From Pseudothioglobus sp. nBUS_23 (GTDB lineage: Bacteria; Pseudomonadota; Gammaproteobacteria; PS1; Pseudothioglobaceae): a DNA stretch of 32,000 bases. A program made the position numbers and the translations under genes. Of this stretch, positions 26,552-32,000 are shown in pieces (position 1 is the stretch's first letter; each line of letters opens with the position of its first letter). Location: assembly GCF_051201565.1 (NCBI RefSeq), contig NZ_CP179200.1, forward strand, positions 1,680,001-1,712,000. The letters are read 5' to 3'. The notes under the pieces are model-generated. The model saw nothing but the letters and a program-made list of their open reading frames with translations, was not told the origin of the DNA and ran no database searches.

Positions 26552-28156
26552 TCACATCCCATTTAATATCATTCTAGCTCCTCGCTCAGCAATCATCATC
26601 GTTGGGGCAGAGGTATTACCACTCACAATGCTTGGCATGACCGAGGCATCGATCACTCTAAGGTTACTCATACCTTTTACTTTTAAATCAATTGGTGAGA
26701 CGACTGCTAAATCATCGGTGCCCATCTTACAGGTTCCAACTGGATGATAAACTGTAAGGGATGTCCGACGAATATAAGCCAATAGCTCCTCATCTGACTG
26801 AACAGATTGTCCTGGAGCCATCTCCTCTCCTCGCACCTCATCAAACTCTTTAGATGACAAAACTTCTCTCGCTTTTTTGATGGCCTCAACAATATTTGCC
26901 TCATCTCTAGAGTCAGATAAAAAGTTGTGATCAATCAGGACTTGATATTTGTTACCATCACTCTTTAACTTAACTGAACCCTTGCTATGAGGCCTCAATA
27001 AACAAGTAAACAATGAGTAGCCATGACCGAACTCAAATTTTCTTCCTCGGTGGCTACGATATATAGGCGTAAAGTGAAACTGGACATCTGGATATTCAGG
27101 TGTTCCTAGTTTTGTAGCTGCAAAACCGCCAGCCTCAACAAAATTACTCGTCCACCAACCCATTCTTCTCAAAAGAAAGCTTAAAGGCGAGGTCATTACT
27201 TGAGGTAAAAATGATCTCCACGAAACTCCAATAGATTCTGCCTTGTTTGAGCGAACCGTTACCATGGTATCCAAATGGTCCTGAAGGTTTTCTCCAACTC
27301 CAGGAACATTATGGTGGCATGTAATTCCTTCCTTTTCAAGCTCCTTCTTATTGCCTATTCCAGAAGACAAAAGTATCCTTGGTGACTCGATAGCGCCAGC
27401 AGATAGCACTACTTCTTTATTACAATACAATTCTTTATCAACACCGTTAACTTGAAGTTTAATGGATTTGGCAGTATCGCCATCAATTTCAATTGATTCT
27501 ACCCTTGCATGAGTCATTGTCGTTAGGTTAGATCTCGAAATAATGGGCTCAATAAAGGCTCTGTAAGAATTTACCCGAGTCCCCTTATCTTGATTTACCT
27601 TATAAATACCGAGGCCTAATTGAGAGGCATCATTGAAATCAGTGTTATGAGAGAGGCCTACATGAGCCGCAGACTTTACAAAGCGTTTAGCAGTCTTATT
27701 AATATCTTGTGGCATAACAACTGGCCACTCTCCATCTTTGGAATGGTACTTTGAATCTCCTCCTGTTTGATCTTTTTCAAGAGATTTAAAGATTGGTAAA
27801 ACATCATTATAAGACCAACCTTTGCATCCAAGTTTTTCCCAATTATCATAATCATTCTTATTGCCTCGGATATAAATCATGCCATTAATAGAGCTTGAAC
27901 CCCCAAGACATCTGCCTCGGTTAACCGTGATGACTCGGTCATTTAAGTGCTTTTGAGGAACGCCCTTGTAGGCATAATCAAGTTTTTTATGATCATAAGC
28001 AACAGAGAGGCCGGCAGGAATTTTGACCCAAGGACTTTTATCACTTCCGCCGCCCTCAATAAGACAAACTGTATTATTAGGATTTTCACTGAGACGATTA
28101 GCCAATACGCAACCAGCAGAACCTGCGCCTATAACAATATAATCGAATGTTTCCAT
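26552..28156 (-). CDS. GMC-family FAD oxidoreductase (choline/alcohol dehydrogenase-like)
   Basis: 534 aa, with N-terminal DYIVIGAGSAGCVLANRL, then GGSSSINGMIYIRG and GVGENLQDH. The C-terminal active-site region is HPVGTCKMG...RVIDASVMP. Confidence 0.88.
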   Translation of the reverse strand: METFDYIVIGAGSAGCVLANRLSENPNNTVCLIEGGGSDKSPWVKIPAGLSVAYDHKKLDYAYKGVPQKHLNDRVITVNRGRCLGGSSSINGMIYIRGNKNDYDNWEKLGCKGWSYNDVLPIFKSLEKDQTGGDSKYHSKDGEWPVVMPQDINKTAKRFVKSAAHVGLSHNTDFNDASQLGLGIYKVNQDKGTRVNSYRAFIEPIISRSNLTTMTHARVESIEIDGDTAKSIKLQVNGVDKELYCNKEVVLSAGAIESPRILLSSGIGNKKELEKEGITCHHNVPGVGENLQDHLDTMVTVRSNKAESIGVSWRSFLPQVMTSPLSFLLRRMGWWTSNFVEAGGFAATKLGTPEYPDVQFHFTPIYRSHRGRKFEFGHGYSLFTCLLRPHSKGSVKLKSDGNKYQVLIDHNFLSDSRDEANIVEAIKKAREVLSSKEFDEVRGEEMAPGQSVQSDEELLAYIRRTSLTVYHPVGTCKMGTDDLAVVSPIDLKVKGMSNLRVIDASVMPSIVSGNTSAPTMMIAERGARMILNGM

Positions 28157-28159
28157 GGT

Positions 28160-29041
28160 TTATCCCTTGACAGCTCCCGCCGTAAGTCCGCTTACTAGTT
28201 GCCTCTGAAAAAATAATACTAGAAGAAATAATGGGATTATAGATGAAACAACTGCTGCTACAGCAAACATCACATTACCCTCTGTTTGAGTTGTACCCAT
28301 AAAACTAGCAATTTTTGGAACCATTGTTTGATTGTCTTGGTTTAAAAGAACAGCTGTGACAGCAAAATCATTATAAGCTAAAAGAAATGAGAAAAGGCCC
28401 GCCGTAATTACTCCAGGCCACATGACAGGAATAATCACATTTTTGAATGCTTGAAACTGTGTGCAACCATCTACTTTAGCACTTTCATCAAGCTCTTTCG
28501 GAATCGTTTGAAAAAATGAGTGAAGCATCCACAGAGTAAATGGCTGATTTATTGCCACTAACACAATGATGGTAGTGGGCAATAAACCCCAAACATTCCA
28601 CGCATAAAATGGAGGAAGATATCCTGAAACCAAAGTTATTGGCGGTAAAGCACGAAAAACAAGAGCTATTATTAGAAGCCAAAATGAATAACGGAAGCCT
28701 GACCTAGAAAGCGCGTACCCTCCCAAAGTAGCAATAGTTAGTGAGGTAAGTACAGTAAAAAAACAGACTATTGCTGTATTAAGAAAAGCGCGCCAAAACT
28801 CTTCCTGAATCCATGCACCCTCATAGCCTGCGCCTGTAAAAGATTCTCCATATACCGCCTGCGTTCTAATCCCTGATATGGCATGTTTCCAGTCTCCCTT
28901 TGAGAAAAAATCTAACTCTACCTTAAAGGATCCCCACATTGTCCAAAAGAATGGAAAGGCGGCCAGAATTAACCAAAGCAACACAAAGCCATAAATCAAT
29001 AACTGAAGTCCCAATGGTCTCTTAATTTGATTAGAAGTCAT
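28160..29041 (-). CDS. ABC transporter permease, CUT1/MalG-like
   Basis: Six predicted hydrophobic segments and the EAA loop ESAKVDGCTQFQAFKNVIIPVMWPG. The ORF-track start at 29065 is GTG. The ATG at 29041 lies 1 nt after the upstream permease stop. Confidence 0.85.
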   Translation of the reverse strand: MTSNQIKRPLGLQLLIYGFVLLWLILAAFPFFWTMWGSFKVELDFFSKGDWKHAISGIRTQAVYGESFTGAGYEGAWIQEEFWRAFLNTAIVCFFTVLTSLTIATLGGYALSRSGFRYSFWLLIIALVFRALPPITLVSGYLPPFYAWNVWGLLPTTIIVLVAINQPFTLWMLHSFFQTIPKELDESAKVDGCTQFQAFKNVIIPVMWPGVITAGLFSFLLAYNDFAVTAVLLNQDNQTMVPKIASFMGTTQTEGNVMFAVAAVVSSIIPLFLLVLFFQRQLVSGLTAGAVKG

Positions 29042-29042
29042 A

Positions 29043-30068
29043 TCATTTGTCCGGATTAAATTCACGCCACGTTCTTATCAAAACTGGCATTAGAAGAATA
29101 ACAACTCCGATGATTGTCAGAACTGATGTCGTTGCTGCAGACGAAAAAAGTCTGATTTCTTGACCAATATCATTCCATATAATCCATGAGAGTGAGGTTG
29201 CATGTGCTGATGCACTAAAACCAACTATTGGCTCAAATACTCGAAAGTTATCCATCAGTTGAATTAATGCCACGAAAGCAACTAGTGGCGACAGATGAGG
29301 AACTACAACATGAATAACTTGTTGAAAACGAGTAGCGCCATCAATCATTGCCGACTCCAAAGTTTCTTTAGGAACCGTTTGAAGACCAGCATAAAAAACA
29401 ATAAACGCGAAAGGTGCGGAATGCCACACGCCATAAACAATCAGCGTTACCCAAGTTAGCCCAGTTGATGCCTTTAATGATAGATTTGGATCTGAAAATA
29501 TCTCTTGGAGTCCTGAGCCAACTATTCCTCTCGCATCAATCATCCAAAATAAAATTAAAGAACCAACAAGGGGGGTTACAATCATTGGAAGCAATGAAAA
29601 GAACACCATAAGCCCTTTAAGGTGTCGATGCAGCGAGTTCACTGCCAGTGCAATTATTAATCCAAACAATATAACCAAAGGGGTTACCACAATGACATAA
29701 GTCAAAGTGAATCCCATTGCCCTATAAAATTGAAGATTATTAAGACTGGAAATAAAACCAGTGAAGCTTGTCCTATTTTCCCAAAACTCGGCAACCTCTT
29801 TAAAGGCTAGATGGTTTCGATCAGTATAGATTTCAAATCCAACCCACTTTCCTAAGGGCTGATCTTTCTTCAGTTGTTCGGTTGCCTGATGGTCAATAGT
29901 CGATTCTGTCTCACAGCCGAATGGATCGCAGATTTCAGAAACAAGCAATACCTCGTCATGGGGGGCATGAAATGACTGGCTCACAACAGAAGTTAGGGGC
30001 AACGCTATGAATAAAATCATCGCAAGCGCTGTAGGTAAAAAGAACCAAAAAAAAGTCTTATGCTTCAT
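29043..30068 (-). CDS. ABC transporter permease, CUT1/MalF-like, with a roughly 90-aa periplasmic insert after TM1
   Basis: EAA loop ESAMIDGATRFQQVIHVVVPHLSP and multiple TM segments. A long hydrophilic loop, SQSFHAPHDEV...NNLQFYR, lies between TM1 and TM2. Confidence 0.85.
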   Translation of the reverse strand: MKHKTFFWFFLPTALAMILFIALPLTSVVSQSFHAPHDEVLLVSEICDPFGCETESTIDHQATEQLKKDQPLGKWVGFEIYTDRNHLAFKEVAEFWENRTSFTGFISSLNNLQFYRAMGFTLTYVIVVTPLVILFGLIIALAVNSLHRHLKGLMVFFSLLPMIVTPLVGSLILFWMIDARGIVGSGLQEIFSDPNLSLKASTGLTWVTLIVYGVWHSAPFAFIVFYAGLQTVPKETLESAMIDGATRFQQVIHVVVPHLSPLVAFVALIQLMDNFRVFEPIVGFSASAHATSLSWIIWNDIGQEIRLFSSAATTSVLTIIGVVILLMPVLIRTWREFNPDK

Positions 30069-30101
30069 ACAAGTTAATTATGGTTTAACACTCTATATTT
30101 C

Positions 30102-30135
30102 ATAAAAAGAAGGGGCACGCTATAAACATGCCCCT
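30102..30135 (-). terminator. Intrinsic terminator/attenuator hairpin between the binding-protein and permease genes
   Basis: The minus-strand RNA reads AGGGGCA-UGUUUAUAGCG-UGCCCCU. This is a 7-bp stem with 5 G:C pairs and an 11-nt loop, followed directly by UCUUUUUAU. It lies 25 nt after the SBP stop. It is the only GC-rich hairpin I found in an intergenic spacer. Confidence 0.65.
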
Positions 30136-30160
30136 ACTTAGGAGATCAAAACATTAAAGT

Positions 30161-31390
30161 TTAGAGATAACCTTTTTCTTTAGCAGCAGTTGTGTAAGCT
30201 GCTTCTAAGTCAGCCAGTGCTTGACTAGCTGTTTCTTTTCCTTGCATGAAATCAACAAGCTCCTTACCTGCTGCTGAATGCATTAGACCAGCATATGGCA
30301 ACATTGGATATGGAGTTGTTCCCATTGCAGCTGCAGCAAATACACCCTTGGCAGCATCTGTTGGCTGATAACCATCAATTAGCCAAACCGCTAACGGAGA
30401 AGTTTCATCGTTTAGCATTTCAGGACGAATTGCATGCATCATAGCCATAAAGGTAGCTTCTGCATCTGCATCCGAAATGTTCTTAGAAACAGTGAATCCA
30501 TCCCACCATAGTGTTGAAGCAGGAGTTGAGCCACCGCCTACTGTCATTGGACCTGCAATATCAGTATTATTTGCAACTGTTGGATCTACTTCATCACTCT
30601 TAAGTGGTCCAACGCGAGAGCCCCACATATTCATAAGCGCAACATTACCTGCTTTCCATTCAGCACTCGTTGCATTTGAGTCGTGAGTCAAGAAGTCTGG
30701 GTTCATGTAATCTGATAACGCTCTCATCATGTGAAGTGCATCTTCACCATGTTGATTGTTAACTGCAATCTCAGCAGAACCAGGCTTAAAGAACTCACCG
30801 CCCTGACCAATGTACATATTGACAAATTCTTCAGCTAAGTTCCAACCAGCAGCATAAGCACCTCCGACTGGATGCTCCATCATTCCACTTGCACGTATAT
30901 TCGCAGCAGCAACTAACATCTCTTCATAAGTTGTTGGCGGCGCAATACCTAACTGATCTAAGACATCTGCTCTGAAAACTAAATGCTGAGCGTTTGCCAT
31001 GAAGGCAATACCCATAATCTTTCCATCAACAGTGATTAGCTGGCTCTTCTTTAGGCCTTGACCATGCTTAGCAACTAGATCATCAAGCGGTCTAATCACA
31101 TCATTATTCATTAGTGCAACAATCGATGAGTTTGCAACAATCGCTGTTGTAAATTCAGCTGGATTACCTTGCATACCTGGCACATTAATTTTTTGGTGAT
31201 CAGCAGTTAAGTTTTTCTCAACTGTAACACCTCCACCAGCACATTCCATAGCGCCTGCACCAACAGTTTGGATCGCTGGGAACTCATTTCCAACAATGCT
31301 TACACGGCCATCGGATGCTCCACATCCTGCCCAGGCACTAGAAGCTAATGTTGTTAACGCTACAACTGTAGCAATTTTTCTTAAAAACAT
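30161..31390 (-). CDS. ABC transporter periplasmic solute-binding protein, family 1 (CUT1-type)
   Basis: About 409 aa, with the signal peptide MFLRKIATVVALTTLASSAWA|GC (AxA cleavage motif). Its position upstream of the two CUT1 permeases fits this role. The ORF-track start at 31414 is TTG. The ATG at 31390 has the SD GGAGAG 5 nt upstream. Confidence 0.8.
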   Translation of the reverse strand: MFLRKIATVVALTTLASSAWAGCGASDGRVSIVGNEFPAIQTVGAGAMECAGGGVTVEKNLTADHQKINVPGMQGNPAEFTTAIVANSSIVALMNNDVIRPLDDLVAKHGQGLKKSQLITVDGKIMGIAFMANAQHLVFRADVLDQLGIAPPTTYEEMLVAAANIRASGMMEHPVGGAYAAGWNLAEEFVNMYIGQGGEFFKPGSAEIAVNNQHGEDALHMMRALSDYMNPDFLTHDSNATSAEWKAGNVALMNMWGSRVGPLKSDEVDPTVANNTDIAGPMTVGGGSTPASTLWWDGFTVSKNISDADAEATFMAMMHAIRPEMLNDETSPLAVWLIDGYQPTDAAKGVFAAAAMGTTPYPMLPYAGLMHSAAGKELVDFMQGKETASQALADLEAAYTTAAKEKGYL

Positions 31391-31595
31391 ATTTACTCTC
31401 CTATTTATACTCAATTAAATACTCTTAGTATCACATCGAATGACCTTAAATCTTCATTTTGCATACGATTGCAATGAATTATAACACAGTCTATATTAAT
31501 ATATAAATAATTTTGCATTCGTATTCAGAATATTCCTTTAGAATTTTTTTAATACTAATTAGCCTCATTATTGAACACTATTTTTCAGAATTCCA
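31391..31595. promoter_or_regulatory. Probable promoter/operator region for the transporter operon
   Basis: 205-bp AT-rich spacer. It contains TTGCA-N6-TGCAA (31459-31474), a second TTTTGCAT copy at 31511-31518, the palindrome TATTCAGAATA (31522-31532) and a second TTCAGAAT at about 31584-31591. I could not identify a clear -35/-10 pair. Confidence 0.3.
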
Positions 31596-32000
31596 CTACT
31601 TTTGCCATTTTGGCAACGGGTCATAGCCGAGCTGCAACAATACATGTGGAACATCGACAAATACCCAATTTTCAACTAAGAGCTCATTTTCACGACGCCA
31701 CCAATCACAAACACGCATAAAAACTCGCTCGTTGGTTGGGCCTTGACCTAGGAATGGTTTAACGTTAACACCGGTCAATGATGGCCAGCCTCCTGAGCAG
31801 GTGTAATTGCCCTCGCCAAATCTTGTGAAGTGTTTTGTAAAGCCATTATTTTTTGTTCCACCTGACCACCCTTCAAACTGGGATTCAAACGGCACTTGAA
31901 ATGAAGCAAACTCCTCAACGCCAATAAAAGAACCGAATGCACCTGGTCCATACCACATCATATTCTTATGCCAATAAGGACGCCAGGCCTCATTCTTAGT
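31596..32000 (-). CDS. NTF2/SnoaL-like protein, C-terminal part; 5' end runs off the window
   Basis: The frame stays open upstream of the ORF-track ATG at 31961 (..TKNEAWRPYWHKNMMWYGPG). It shares MxW(W/Y)GP, GWP(N/S)LT, MRV.D and L(A/V)ENW(I/V)F(I/V)D...H with the C-domain of the 25536-26549 protein. Confidence 0.55.
   Translation of the reverse strand, partial: TKNEAWRPYWHKNMMWYGPGAFGSFIGVEEFASFQVPFESQFEGWSGGTKNNGFTKHFTRFGEGNYTCSGGWPSLTGVNVKPFLGQGPTNERVFMRVCDWWRRENELLVENWVFVDVPHVLLQLGYDPLPKWQK

Noticed and set aside
26552-28156. Naming the GMC oxidoreductase betA (choline dehydrogenase).
   Set aside because: Only family-level motifs are shared. There is no betB or betI adjacent, and the linked transporter is sugar-type (CUT1) rather than BetT/ProU-type. 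I kept the call at family level.
1033-30686. All 60-108-aa ORF-track entries nested in or antisense to the large genes (for example 1033-1284, 2184-2432, 7513-7794, 9083-9313, 11849-12175, 14036-14317, 23985-24233, 26707-26934, 28488-28682).
   Set aside because: Each lies wholly inside a well-supported longer gene, in another frame or on the other strand. Their compositions are low-complexity or odd, and they have no SD sequences or recognisable motifs. They are shadow ORFs.
3205-31414. N-terminal extensions given by the ORF track: gcvP to 3261, gcvT to 4757, sdaA from 7014, the 580-aa ORF to 10901, the 243-aa ORF to 9162, the SnoaL-like ORF to 26555, the permease to 29065 and the SBP to 31414.
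   Set aside because: Reading the codons shows most of these begin at TTG or GTG, or they create long overlaps with the upstream gene. Downstream ATGs match homolog N-termini, remove the overlaps or carry an SD (for example GGAGAG before 31390). The GTG start of MttB paralog 2 (25473) was kept but is uncertain.
1-32000. Looked for CRISPR repeats, tRNA/rRNA genes, IS elements or integrases, toxin-antitoxin pairs, restriction-modification or other defence genes, and long direct repeats.
   Set aside because: None found. Intergenic spacers are too short and every long ORF has a metabolic or transport assignment, or is an orphan within a metabolic operon. The convergent sdaA and 243-aa genes are separated by 1 bp (8423/8425), which reflects genome compaction rather than a separate feature.

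Overview
AT-rich, tightly packed bacterial chromosomal segment with about 27 genes. I saw no rRNA or tRNA genes, CRISPR arrays, transposases, integrases or recognisable defence genes. All calls rest on motif recognition by eye, with no database search.

Content is almost entirely catabolic and centres on methylated amines/osmolytes, glycine and C1 units:
- (i) A gcvT-gcvH-gcvP operon is followed directly by a GcvR-like ACT-domain gene that runs off the left edge.
- (ii) Next come a GhrA-like glyoxylate/hydroxypyruvate reductase, an APS kinase carrying a vestigial CysN domain, and L-serine dehydratase.
- (iii) A translationally coupled four-gene module encodes an ALDH, an M19 'dipeptidase' lacking 3 of 5 canonical zinc ligands, and two orphan proteins (580 aa and 243 aa).
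- (iv) A divergent operon encodes a non-pyrrolysine MttB-family methyltransferase, two SDRs and a DAO-type flavoprotein.
- (v) A roughly 13.5 kb co-directional minus-strand array encodes a solute-binding protein, two CUT1-type ABC permeases (no ATPase), a GMC oxidoreductase, a tandem NTF2/SnoaL-like protein, a second MttB paralog, a dimethylglycine/sarcosine-dehydrogenase-type flavoenzyme, a DddP-like M24 protein, aldose 1-epimerase and an MDR reductase.
- (vi) A second SnoaL-like paralog runs off the right edge.

The best candidates for undescribed biology are the orphan-containing module in (iii), the two MttB paralogs with no corrinoid partner, and the SnoaL-like paralogs bracketing the transporter/GMC operon.

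Several ORF-track starts are TTG or GTG extensions, and I re-set these to downstream ATGs. The GcvR and GhrA homologs and the streamlined gene packing suggest a marine gammaproteobacterium. That host assignment is inference only.
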